Positions 1 through 8,890 of a stretch of 64,000 nt of DNA are shown in pieces (the stretch's first letter is position 1; each line of letters opens with the position of its first letter). The notes beneath the pieces are model-generated. The model was not told the DNA's origin and made no database searches. It saw nothing but the letters and a program-made list of their open reading frames with translations. A program made the position numbers and the translations under genes. This stretch comes from a virus: positions 1 to 64,000 of the IMG/VR virus record IMGVR_UViG_3300025137_000020. One strand, given 5' to 3'.

Positions 1-562
1 TTTTAGGGTGATACACTTCGAACACCGGAGTGCCTAGTATTGAACCATGCGGGATGCAAGACTCATTGACAATTACTTCTGTTCCCTCTTTAACAAGCGA
101 TTCGCCTGAAATCGGAAGCAGAAGATTTTTGTTTAAAACGTAAGTGCCCTTCTCTAACTGATTGTTTTTATTTATAAAAAGGGTTGTCTCAACCAATGGA
201 ATATCTTTAATATTTGTTCCAGTTACTTCAGTTAATATGTTTGAAATTTCTTCGTCGGACAGTTCGGTGTGGTCTTTTATTAACCATAGGGCTGCTAAAT
301 AAGATGAGAGTGAAAGCTTACCAATTAACGGTACTTTGCGAATAAGCTTTCTTAAATTAAAAGCCAACTTATGAAACATGGTATAAACTTTTCTATCACC
401 GGAAGTTAATTCGTTTTTCGGTTTTGTAAGTTTATAATCTTTATCAATCACGCCAGCCTTATAAGCTCCAGTCTTTTCAACTGGCATAGTCATTAGCCTA
501 AGCAATCTAAGTGCGAAGGCTTGGTCTGCTATCTTAATAAACTCGTTTAATTGTTGTGTCAT
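1..562 (-). CDS. Conserved T4-like hypothetical protein (gp61.1-like), 3' end runs off the window
   Basis: Not in the ORF track. ATG at 562 overlaps the stop of the upstream gene (ATGA). Manual translation MTQQLNEFIKIADQAFALRLLRLMTMPVEKTGAYKAGVIDKDY...VYTMFHKLAFNLRKLIRKVP matches the AY(K)xGxID...YTxFHxLxxNL(K/R)xL motif of a conserved T4-like family. Frame is open to position 1. Confidence 0.7.
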   Translation of the reverse strand, partial: MTQQLNEFIKIADQAFALRLLRLMTMPVEKTGAYKAGVIDKDYKLTKPKNELTSGDRKVYTMFHKLAFNLRKLIRKVPLIGKLSLSSYLAALWLIKDHTELSDEEISNILTEVTGTNIKDIPLVETTLFINKNNQLEKGTYVLNKNLLLPISGESLVKEGTEVIVNESCIPHGSILGTPVFEVYHPK

Positions 563-924
563 AGTTTTCTTAGAATGTTAATGAGTTTTTCATCTAACGG
601 AATATTAGTATACCAACCCTGCGGAAGGTAGTTTAAATATACTAGAAAGGTTTTTAGCGACGGAAGACACTCTTCAGTCACTTTAAGGAACATCATTCTA
701 TTTGCGGCTTGAATATCAAACACGTTATAGAACGATATTAAATGGTTTAACACTAGTCTTTCTTTTATTTCTCCGTCTTTGATGTACCTTCCTAATAGTC
801 TTTTAATATATTTAATTCTGTTGAAATCATCCCAAAACTCATCGGCAGTGAGACATGCCTTATTGACATAATGCTCAACTGCGTAAGTCTTGATGTTTTT
901 TTCAGTTGGTAATAATATAGACAT
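559..924 (-). CDS. Conserved T4-like phage hypothetical protein
   Basis: Motif EFWDDFNRIKYIKRLLGRY...ERLVLNHLISFYNVF is typical of a cyanophage-like core hypothetical family. ATG 924 preferred over TTG 927; late promoter at 931-938. Confidence 0.75.
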   Translation of the reverse strand: MSILLPTEKNIKTYAVEHYVNKACLTADEFWDDFNRIKYIKRLLGRYIKDGEIKERLVLNHLISFYNVFDIQAANRMMFLKVTEECLPSLKTFLVYLNYLPQGWYTNIPLDEKLINILRKL

Positions 925-930
925 CAAAAG

Positions 931-938
931 TATTTATA
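931..938 (-). promoter_or_regulatory. T4-type late promoter TATAAATA
   Basis: Exact gp55 consensus 6 nt upstream of ATG 924. Confidence 0.8.
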
Positions 939-948
939 AGGGCTGGCC

Positions 949-1800
949 TTACTTCATACCTTTAATTAAAGCTGCGATTGCGTTGTATGTATCATCGGTA
1001 GCAGCGAGTCCTAATGCTTTAGCAAGCTTTTTAGGGTCCGTTTCTCCACCAGAAACCATTTGATGAAGGTCGCTCATTTTAGCTTCGTCGAGTTCAATGC
1101 CTTCAGAAATAAGCTTTCCAAGTAGAGCCAAATCAAAATATTCTTTTTGCTCTTCTTCTTCACCATCAATTGCTTTTCCAATAGCGGCCCTTTTCTTTTT
1201 AAGGTACTCGTCAGTTTCGTCTTCATCGCCATCATTGTCAATGTCGTCGTCCTCTTTACCTACTGGGTCAAGAGCTTCTTTTTTGACTTCTGGTTCTTCT
1301 GCTTCTATTTCTTCGCCATCTTCTTCTTCTTCGTCCTTGTCTTGGTGACCATCAACTCCTGTTTTAACGTCGATTGTTACTTCATCGTTCGACTTAAAAA
1401 TATTAGCTGCGATTGCTCCGCCTTCGGTCATGTCTTCTTCTTCGTCCTCGTCCTCTTCTTCCTCTTCCTCTTCATTGACGTGAGAACCCGATTTAATAGC
1501 GTCGATAAGGCTAACGATTTCTTCTTCTTCGATTTCATCTTCTGGCTCTTCATCTTCTTTAGAGTCAGCGATCTTTTTAGCAACATCTGCTGCTATTGTT
1601 ACTGGATATTCTTTTCCATCGAATACAAAGCTGTCTTTGCCTTCTTCTTTTGCGGAAGCTGCTGCTCCCATAAAACTAGCGACGTCCTCAGATGTGAGGT
1701 TTGCTACTAGCTCGTAAATACTGGTTTTGCCTTCGACAACTACTTTTGCTGCATCAGCTAGGCCAGCGATATCTTCTAATCTGTGTCCTATAAATGACAT
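949..1800 (-). CDS. Acidic internal head/core-like protein
   Basis: Very E/D-rich. Contains EALDPVGKEDDDIDNDGDEDETDEYL (DxDxDG loop) and several [ILV]xE sites. SD AGGAG upstream of ATG 1800. Confidence 0.6.
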   Translation of the reverse strand: MSFIGHRLEDIAGLADAAKVVVEGKTSIYELVANLTSEDVASFMGAAASAKEEGKDSFVFDGKEYPVTIAADVAKKIADSKEDEEPEDEIEEEEIVSLIDAIKSGSHVNEEEEEEEDEDEEEDMTEGGAIAANIFKSNDEVTIDVKTGVDGHQDKDEEEEDGEEIEAEEPEVKKEALDPVGKEDDDIDNDGDEDETDEYLKKKRAAIGKAIDGEEEEQKEYFDLALLGKLISEGIELDEAKMSDLHQMVSGGETDPKKLAKALGLAATDDTYNAIAALIKGMK

Positions 1801-1815
1801 GTTATTATTCTCCTT

Positions 1816-2121
1816 TTAATTTACCATTAATATTGCGCCGATGCCGGCAGTTACTATTGCCCCTATGACTATTAAGCCAAGTTGAACAACACTTGAAATT
1901 GTTGCTTTTGATTTTGCTAATAGCACCTCTGCATCACGAAGGCGTTCTTCCATTTCATCAAATTTAGTGTGTAGATCATCAATCGATTGCCAGATTGTTA
2001 CTGTCTTTTCTTCAAGACTATGAATCTTCTCCTCGGCACGAGCTAGTGATACTACTGCATCACATAGCTTATCAATCTTTTCCTCGATTCTATCGAGACG
2101 TGTACCTTCGTTTTTATTCAT
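1816..2121 (-). CDS. Coiled-coil protein with C-terminal transmembrane helix (XhlA/holin-like architecture)
   Basis: RLDRIEEKIDKL heptads followed by hydrophobic VVQLGLIVIGAIVTAGIGAILMV. Confidence 0.5.
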   Translation of the reverse strand: MNKNEGTRLDRIEEKIDKLCDAVVSLARAEEKIHSLEEKTVTIWQSIDDLHTKFDEMEERLRDAEVLLAKSKATISSVVQLGLIVIGAIVTAGIGAILMVN

Positions 2122-2122
2122 A

Positions 2123-2473
2123 TTAGTTATCTACTTTAGCAGAGCCTCTCCATTGGTAACAAGACCAGTACCGAGCTTTCCATTTCGGTCCAGGGTTATC
2201 ACAACTATGTCGTGCTCTAAAGTTTTTTCTGCGTTTGGGGTCGTCTCTTTTGATTTCCATATTGGGGTCACCAAATCGAACTACCACAACCGTACCTTTT
2301 TCGTTTTTGACGTATACTTTAAATTTCTTATTCTTATTCTCTGAAGTACGAATAGGATTATTAAGCTCTACTTTCTTACCTTGGTATTCAGCCTCAGTGA
2401 TTAGTAAGTGCTCGTAAAGACCTTCACATGCTTCATCTACCGCATCTTCAGTGTATGTTTTAAATTGCTTCAT
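2123..2473 (-). CDS. Small basic predicted internal head protein (RFGD...RKNFRARH..C...ARYWSC family)
   Basis: CTS-like start MKQFKTYTE. Conserved motif VVRFGDPNM...RRKNFRARHSCD...ARYWSC. Confidence 0.65.
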   Translation of the reverse strand: MKQFKTYTEDAVDEACEGLYEHLLITEAEYQGKKVELNNPIRTSENKNKKFKVYVKNEKGTVVVVRFGDPNMEIKRDDPKRRKNFRARHSCDNPGPKWKARYWSCYQWRGSAKVDN

Positions 2474-4824
2474 TATTTTTTTACTTTAGCAGCGAGGTCT
2501 TTATCAGCTCCACCCCAAGTTCCTTTTGATTTAGTTACAAATGAATTGACTCGGGCGTATCCCCATTGTGTTGGATTAGTACCTGGTCTATGTCCGGTTC
2601 TCCATGCTGCGACTCCGCGGTTGAAGACTTGTTTTAGAATGCCATAGGAAATACCAGTCTTGTCAGCTTTCTTTTGTAGTGCGTCCAATTTCTTTTCTTT
2701 TACCGTCGTTTTTTCGAACATCTCGTAAGGAAGGTTTTTCTTCTTATTGTATTCTAGCTTTCTAAGTTTTTCTCTAAACGCCTTTGAACGACCATCTAAT
2801 CCTTTGGGGTCGGCTTCGTCAAATAGAGCAATCAATGCGTTTAAGAGTTTTCCTTTTTGCAGTAAATCTCTTGAAGACTTATCGCCAAGAGCTGTCATGA
2901 TCGTCTCTTGAGATGCGGTCTTAAGTTTCTTAAACATAACGGCGATTTCTTTCGGAGTATCACCGCGTTTAATCATGTAAACTACATTGCCGGCAGTCTT
3001 CTTATCAGAACCTTTGAACTTTAGTTTATCTAATGCTTTAGACTCTTTAATTTCAGCTTCTTCGCTGTTGATGCTTTGGAGTTCTTCTTCTATTGACTCA
3101 TTCTTACGAAGAAGGAGTTCTCTATTTAGCATTGATATTGTTTTCTTAGCTCGGGTAACTCCTTTAAAAGCTTTAAGTAAGTCTAATATATCTTGTTTGG
3201 AAAGTTTGACGAGCTGAGCTGCAGTAGCTTCTTCAATTGATTCTAGTTTAGTCAGTTTCTTCTTAAGCATATCGACATACTTATTACCACCATACATCTT
3301 AACCATACGAGCATCTGGATTTTTAATTAGTGCTTTAAGGTCTTTGATTAGAAGTTGCTTTTCAGAAGCTTCATCAAGACTTTCTGCAAACATGTTATAT
3401 CCACGAACGTCTTCTTCGTCTTGCATTTTCTTTATAAACTTTTCTGCGGAGGTTTGATTTGGAAAAGACTTTTTCATCTTCTTACCATTCCACAGTTCGA
3501 CTGAAGCGACTACTTTCTTTGCTTCTTCAAGGTCAGTAGATTCTCCGATTGTATCAACCTCAGGTTGTTTTTGAATATAACGAATAATAGGCTTTTCATT
3601 TGGAACAATCATACTGAGACCAGATTTGTCAATGCTTGTATCCCACGAACTAAATTTGTTTCTCAGTTTCTTTTTAAGTCTTAACGCGGCTTGCTTAGTT
3701 AAAGCTTTAACTACTACACGGCGGCCATCTTTCACACCTATGTTTTCTTCAATACTATTAGATTCTCCTAACACCGCATCAACACTACCACCTGGAACTA
3801 GTGCGGGATTGCCTTTCATTTGCTTAATCCCTTTCTTAATAGCTTCGGCTGAGTTACGTGCTTTTACATCCACTGTCTGGCCCTTGAAGAGTTTACCAGC
3901 TTTCTTAGTAATAGTTACTGTCCAAAATTTGATTGCTTCATTAACAGATTCGTTGACTTCGTCGTTCATGTCAATTTCCATCTCAGACAATCCCTTCAAG
4001 CCGGCTTTCTTACGGAGAATGTTTAGCGCTTTAATTGTTTCTCTTTGCTTTGGTGAACCAGGAATCTGTTTCAGAGCTAGAGTTGTAAGCTTAAGCATGT
4101 CTGCGTCATTATGCTCGTCAACTGCATCGACCTCAGCATCGTCTTCGGCTTCGTCGGCTTGGCCATCTGTATAATCTAAGGTGTCTTCTTCGTCTTCGTC
4201 TACATCTACAACTCTTTTTAATACAGAGCTTGATTCATAGCTATCGTTATCTTCGCACTTTTGTTTAAGCTCAGCTAAATCGTTTTCATCTTTATACCAG
4301 CTTGACTTAACCTCTTCTCCCGTACTCTTCTGTGCTATCAATTGAAATTCTGTTCTTTCTGCTAAATCCCTTTTAAACGCCGCTAAGGCGATAGTCGACT
4401 CATAAAGAGAATAGTTAGTTATGTCGATAGGACGCTTTTCTAAAAAGGCTTCTAAAACTGCTTCGGCTTCACTCGGAAATGAAGTCTTTAAAATTTCTAA
4501 ACGATAATTAATCATAGTGTTTTCCTTTGCTGGTACCCGGGTTCTTTTTCCTTTAGGTGCTTTTCGTGGTGTAAATAAATCAGTTGATGGTATTTTTTTC
4601 ATGGGTGCACCAGAGAAAAATACTAAAGAGCCATCGTCGTCAAGGGCGGGATAATATTGGTCTGGGCGCTTATCAATATCCATTTTAATACCCAGCTTAA
4701 CTCGACCGGTGAGTTTACTAGTCGCAACAGCAATATTATGCTTCTTAGATAAAGATTTCTTTCGAAACTTATTACCCAATCTCCATGTCTTTGCTAAATC
4801 AACTGCCTGCTTTTTGTTTAACAT
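2473..4824 (-). CDS. Modular predicted internal head polyprotein with C-terminal DUF5824-like domain
   Basis: Tandem basic modules separated by ES-x(0-2)-[ILV]-[DEN]-E linkers. C-terminal LKQVFNRGVAAWRTGHRPG...QWGYARVNSF motif. Late promoter at 4834-4841. Confidence 0.65.
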   Translation of the reverse strand: MLNKKQAVDLAKTWRLGNKFRKKSLSKKHNIAVATSKLTGRVKLGIKMDIDKRPDQYYPALDDDGSLVFFSGAPMKKIPSTDLFTPRKAPKGKRTRVPAKENTMINYRLEILKTSFPSEAEAVLEAFLEKRPIDITNYSLYESTIALAAFKRDLAERTEFQLIAQKSTGEEVKSSWYKDENDLAELKQKCEDNDSYESSSVLKRVVDVDEDEEDTLDYTDGQADEAEDDAEVDAVDEHNDADMLKLTTLALKQIPGSPKQRETIKALNILRKKAGLKGLSEMEIDMNDEVNESVNEAIKFWTVTITKKAGKLFKGQTVDVKARNSAEAIKKGIKQMKGNPALVPGGSVDAVLGESNSIEENIGVKDGRRVVVKALTKQAALRLKKKLRNKFSSWDTSIDKSGLSMIVPNEKPIIRYIQKQPEVDTIGESTDLEEAKKVVASVELWNGKKMKKSFPNQTSAEKFIKKMQDEEDVRGYNMFAESLDEASEKQLLIKDLKALIKNPDARMVKMYGGNKYVDMLKKKLTKLESIEEATAAQLVKLSKQDILDLLKAFKGVTRAKKTISMLNRELLLRKNESIEEELQSINSEEAEIKESKALDKLKFKGSDKKTAGNVVYMIKRGDTPKEIAVMFKKLKTASQETIMTALGDKSSRDLLQKGKLLNALIALFDEADPKGLDGRSKAFREKLRKLEYNKKKNLPYEMFEKTTVKEKKLDALQKKADKTGISYGILKQVFNRGVAAWRTGHRPGTNPTQWGYARVNSFVTKSKGTWGGADKDLAAKVKK

Positions 4825-4833
4825 ACTAATCTC

Positions 4834-4841
4834 TATTTATA
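4834..4841 (-). promoter_or_regulatory. T4-type late promoter TATAAATA
   Basis: Exact consensus 9 nt upstream of ATG 4824. Confidence 0.8.
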
Positions 4842-4846
4842 CGATT

Positions 4847-7282
4847 TTACCCGCCAAACTCATGGCCAGCTACTCTTTTCATTTGCTTTTTAAATTCTGC
4901 GAAGTTAGGCTTAGTTTTATACAGCTTAATACTTATTTCTGCTCTTTCTTTTCCTTTGATTCTCCACTCGTAACCTTTGGCTTTGTGCTCAGGTTTAGTT
5001 GTTCGAACTACGCGTCTTTCAAATCCATTCTCCCAAGTCTCGCTCTTCTTTTCTTCTAAATCTTTTTCTTCGGGTACACAATTAGGAACATTCTTATTTC
5101 CCTTTTTCTTCATACCTACTTGCTTATAGCCATCCCAACAACCATCTGCTTCGTCTACCTCTTCGCCTGGGGTGTTCTTTTTATATTTTTTCGTTAGCTT
5201 ATCTGTTCCAAGTTCACCGTAGGTTTCTTTAAATGATTTAGTAGATTCTACTACCCATTCTTGGCCTTTTGGAACATACTTTTGAATCTTTCGTAGAATA
5301 TCTTTTTCGATATCAGTGTGTTTCATAGGTGGCTTACCTGATTCCTTAACCTTAAAGTATAAAGCATCTTTGAGAAACTGTCCGCCTTTATCGCTCTTTT
5401 TCAAATCACTATCTACACCAATCTTATTGAAGGCGAAGGTAATATCTCCGTCCATATATTTCTTTAGGCCTTTGCCCATCTTCACAATATCTAACATTGT
5501 TTGTGATGCGCCTCTATGAGTATTTACTAGAATTTCAATTGGTACTACTCTACCTCTTGTCGGATCGGTGTTCTGAGACTTAGCAACTTCTACATCGTTT
5601 ACTACCCATACGATATGAATATTCTTAGTAGGATAGCTTGCGCCTTGAAGAAGTCTAGTTATGTTGTCTAGCTTTCTTAAATCTTTTAGTGTGACATCGA
5701 ATATAACATTGGGCTTATCTTCAGGTTGCTTAGTCATTACCGATGTAAAGAATGCTGCCATCTTCTTATTAGGAAGATTCAATTCATCTGCTACTATACT
5801 GTGAAGTTTACTTACGTCGCCACTTCTAGTTAAATCGAATTTAGAAAGTTCTTGGCCAGTTTTGTCTTTAACAATCTGAGCAATCTTCGGTGCCTTGAGG
5901 ACTAATCTCTTTAATTCATCAACATCAAACTTCTTACCTTCCATGCCGATAAGATTGTCAAGTACAAATCCTTTACCGGAACCGGCTCCTCCAGCTAGAA
6001 TTAGTGCATGACCTGATTTAGGATATGCTTTTTTAGCGAAGGTAATTAGCTTCTCGTCAAGTTGAACATCCTCGACCATTGTGTATCCTAACTTAGGTAC
6101 ATTGTTATATCTTTCAAGCTCTTGTCCACTCGGTGTTTGAATTGATACTCCACCTTTAATCTTTACGATTTTAAGAGAGCTTGCTTTAGAACCGTATTCC
6201 TTCTTCAACTCCTTTTTGAGCTGAACCATGGTCATGTATTTAGTTTTTTCACCAAACATCTGTTGATACTTCTTTGTGTGTTTAGATGGTTTGGTTTTTG
6301 CAGTAGCATCACCGGGAGCGGGTTCGTATGCCGAATCATCATCGTCGTCTTTAGCTGCGCCTTTCTTAAAATGAGCGTCTCTTTTATCTTTAGTAGACTT
6401 GGACATCTCTTTACCTTTAGCATCTTTTCCATAATACTTAGCGGGTTGAGTGCCCTTTTTGTCTTTTACGTCTGGGTCTTGCTTAACTTCTGACAAATCT
6501 TGAATCCAATACTTTTTACCGATTGAAGATACAATGTAGTTTGGCTTTCTTTCTGATATAGTTACAATCTTGTTTTCTTTATTATAAACGGTGTCTCCAA
6601 CATTAAACACTTCGCCTCTAGCATATAATTCTCTTATATCTGATACTTTATCAAGTTGCACGTGTTCTCTAAAGTCGTTAACTTTCTTTAAGCCCATTGC
6701 TTTTCTTAATGCATTGAAGAGTTCGGCAGCACCAGAATAACCTTTCGGTAATCCATTTTGAAATAATTTAAAATCGCCATCTGATGCAGCAGTTCTCATC
6801 TTAGATGCTGACATGCCAGTTACGCCTTCAGCGTCTGGATCACGTTCTCCAGCCGATACTACATTAATGCCGTTGACGAAATTATAATATCCATGTCTAG
6901 CCTTTGTGTCGTTATACTTTTTCAATAAGCTATCAAAGTCTTGCACTCTATCACCACCAACAACCATAGTGATTTTATTATATCCCATATCATAAAGGTC
7001 TGAAGCGATGGCTAATGCATTATTGACCTTATTATTCATTACAATACTTCTTGCATGCTTTGGGAACATTTTGCGCATGAAGCGAATCTTATCTTTGTAT
7101 ACTAAAGGATTCTTTTTTGGGTCATTGGACGTGGATGCGTAAATCTTATAGTCTTTACTCTTTGCCACCTTAGCAATTTTGTCCATTAGCTTTTGGTGAC
7201 CGGTGGTAGGCGGGTTAAATCTGCCGAAAGTAAAAAATACTTCTTTTTCCTTTGCTTCATTAAATTGTTTAAATGACTTCAT
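4847..7282 (-). CDS. Cytidyltransferase-like (HxGH) nucleotidyltransferase fused to a P-loop kinase (AAA_33/zeta-like) and small modules; predicted head-packaged
   Basis: FTFGRFNPPTTGHQKL, VVGGDRV and GMSASKMR (HxGH/KMSKS-type fold). Walker A LAGGAGSGKG at ~5970-5995, then NVIFDVT and RVVPIEIL. CTS-like start MKSFKQFNE; CWDGYKQVG...VPNCVPE module. Confidence 0.8.
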   Translation of the reverse strand: MKSFKQFNEAKEKEVFFTFGRFNPPTTGHQKLMDKIAKVAKSKDYKIYASTSNDPKKNPLVYKDKIRFMRKMFPKHARSIVMNNKVNNALAIASDLYDMGYNKITMVVGGDRVQDFDSLLKKYNDTKARHGYYNFVNGINVVSAGERDPDAEGVTGMSASKMRTAASDGDFKLFQNGLPKGYSGAAELFNALRKAMGLKKVNDFREHVQLDKVSDIRELYARGEVFNVGDTVYNKENKIVTISERKPNYIVSSIGKKYWIQDLSEVKQDPDVKDKKGTQPAKYYGKDAKGKEMSKSTKDKRDAHFKKGAAKDDDDDSAYEPAPGDATAKTKPSKHTKKYQQMFGEKTKYMTMVQLKKELKKEYGSKASSLKIVKIKGGVSIQTPSGQELERYNNVPKLGYTMVEDVQLDEKLITFAKKAYPKSGHALILAGGAGSGKGFVLDNLIGMEGKKFDVDELKRLVLKAPKIAQIVKDKTGQELSKFDLTRSGDVSKLHSIVADELNLPNKKMAAFFTSVMTKQPEDKPNVIFDVTLKDLRKLDNITRLLQGASYPTKNIHIVWVVNDVEVAKSQNTDPTRGRVVPIEILVNTHRGASQTMLDIVKMGKGLKKYMDGDITFAFNKIGVDSDLKKSDKGGQFLKDALYFKVKESGKPPMKHTDIEKDILRKIQKYVPKGQEWVVESTKSFKETYGELGTDKLTKKYKKNTPGEEVDEADGCWDGYKQVGMKKKGNKNVPNCVPEEKDLEEKKSETWENGFERRVVRTTKPEHKAKGYEWRIKGKERAEISIKLYKTKPNFAEFKKQMKRVAGHEFGG

Positions 7283-7286
7283 ACTA

Positions 7287-7661
7287 CTATTTATCTTCGT
7301 TTGAGGATGCCCTAAATCTCTTCAATCTTTCTTTTTCCGCTTTCTTAACTTTAGGCAAAAGCTTTCGTGCTATCCGGCCGATTGCCGATTGTTTCTTTTT
7401 AAGTTTCTTTTCTAATGATTCCCGTTCTGCAAATGATAAGTCGCTCGGGTTTCTGTTCTTTAAAATCTTTTTAGTCAAAATCTTTCTAGCCAGTTTTCTA
7501 GCTCGGTTTTCTAGCTTTTCGGGTGTAGCCATTTTCCGCATCGCGAGCTTTTTCTTACGAGCAATTTTCTTAGCCATCCGCCGCATCTTCTGTCCTCGCT
7601 TAATTCTTTGAGCGCGAGTAAGAGCTTCGTCGGTTTGTGTGTATTCTTTAAATGATATCAT
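7287..7661 (-). CDS. Highly basic predicted internal head (DNA-binding) protein
   Basis: ATG 7661 overlaps the upstream stop (ATGA). Start MISFKEYTQTDE|A is CTS-like; remainder is very K/R-rich and helical. Confidence 0.65.
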   Translation of the reverse strand: MISFKEYTQTDEALTRAQRIKRGQKMRRMAKKIARKKKLAMRKMATPEKLENRARKLARKILTKKILKNRNPSDLSFAERESLEKKLKKKQSAIGRIARKLLPKVKKAEKERLKRFRASSNEDK

Positions 7662-8890
7662 TTTTCCCAACCCTTAATTACGTCTTTTGAAAAGTTATTA
7701 TAAGAAAACTCTAATCTATCTACAAGCTTAATTGCCCCGCCGCCAATCTTATCAATTGCAACAAACCCTTCTTGGCCCGTAACTTTAAATCCTTGTTTAG
7801 TTCTAACAAAAGTATTCATACTCTTAACCTTATCGAGTTTAGATATAATAAGTTCCTTTGCAACCACCAACTGCTTTTGTAGTTCGAACACTAGTTCTAA
7901 ATTCTTTTTGTTAGAAGCGGAGAAGAACTTAAGTCTTTCGTCTTTCTTCTGAACAACTTTTTCTTTTCCAGCTGCGCTCTTTCTCTTGTCAACCTCTTTA
8001 GTGTATCTTTGTTCATACCATTTGAGAAGATTGACAACATGCTTCTTTGAATCTTTAATCTTTTCTCCGGCTCTTACATATGTGTTATTGAATGTTTCGA
8101 GTTCTTGAGAAAGACTTGGGTCCTTTTCGATTTGTCTGAGTGTAGAGCCTTGAATCTTTTGGAATATCTTTCCTGCCACTGAAAGAGCTTTGGTAACCTC
8201 GTCGGTTTCTTCTTTTGACAATAGAGTACCAGACACATCTTTCAAACCAGCATCGTCAAAGAAGATTGAATCTGACTGCTTAAATGAGCCTGTGGCAACC
8301 TTATAAGTTGCTTTCATCGATTCAAAATCACTTCCGTTGTATGTGGTGTGAAAGATAATACCAATTTTAGCTTTATTAATCTTCTTGCCTAAATCAGATT
8401 TGACTGGTACTGCGTATACAATCGTGTTTGGTTGAAACGTATAATAGTTTTCCCCATCAATCGTTTCAGTATCTACATCATCAGTAAATAGTAAATCTCC
8501 CTGTACTACCCCTTTGATTCCTAACTTACTTAGTTCTGATAAAGCTACTTTGAGTTTGGATGCAAGGTCACCAGATGTATCGGCATCTACGTCTGCATTT
8601 GTTTTATAGACTTTAGGATTCTTATTGAAGATTCCTTTCTTAGCCACAAAGAATTTTCCATCGCTTGGGTCGATTCCAGCAAATACTGCAGGAGCACCAT
8701 CCCATTTAACAGTTACGTCGGTTGTCTTTGAAGATTCTCCGGCTAACATATCTCTCATACCACGAAGAGCAAAGATTGCTTCTCGAGCTCCTTTTACACC
8801 ACCATATAATACTCGGTCCTCAATATGAGTCATGTGAGTATTCTTACCGGGTGCTGATGCTTCAGCAATATATGATTTGAAATTAATCAT
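7658..8890 (-). CDS. DUF6267-like protein with ligase/covalent nucleotidyltransferase motifs; predicted head-packaged
   Basis: TVKWDGAP (motif I KxDG, 8696-8707), VVQGDLLF (III-like), GQEGFVAID (IV), AIKLVDR (V). Start MINFKSYIAE|A resembles the T4 CTS. Confidence 0.7.
   Translation of the reverse strand: MINFKSYIAEASAPGKNTHMTHIEDRVLYGGVKGAREAIFALRGMRDMLAGESSKTTDVTVKWDGAPAVFAGIDPSDGKFFVAKKGIFNKNPKVYKTNADVDADTSGDLASKLKVALSELSKLGIKGVVQGDLLFTDDVDTETIDGENYYTFQPNTIVYAVPVKSDLGKKINKAKIGIIFHTTYNGSDFESMKATYKVATGSFKQSDSIFFDDAGLKDVSGTLLSKEETDEVTKALSVAGKIFQKIQGSTLRQIEKDPSLSQELETFNNTYVRAGEKIKDSKKHVVNLLKWYEQRYTKEVDKRKSAAGKEKVVQKKDERLKFFSASNKKNLELVFELQKQLVVAKELIISKLDKVKSMNTFVRTKQGFKVTGQEGFVAIDKIGGGAIKLVDRLEFSYNNFSKDVIKGWEK

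Noticed and set aside
169-176. TATAAATA matches inside coding sequence (also 45363-45370)
   Set aside because: Expected by chance in AT-rich DNA and explained by codons (FINK, IINT); no adjacent start to support promoter function.
1097-1710. Plus-strand ORFs rich in Ser or Phe (also 3626-4174, 26167-26571 and many others)
   Set aside because: Shadow frames of real minus-strand genes; the composition is the reverse complement of Glu/Asp/Lys codons. No promoters or RBS.
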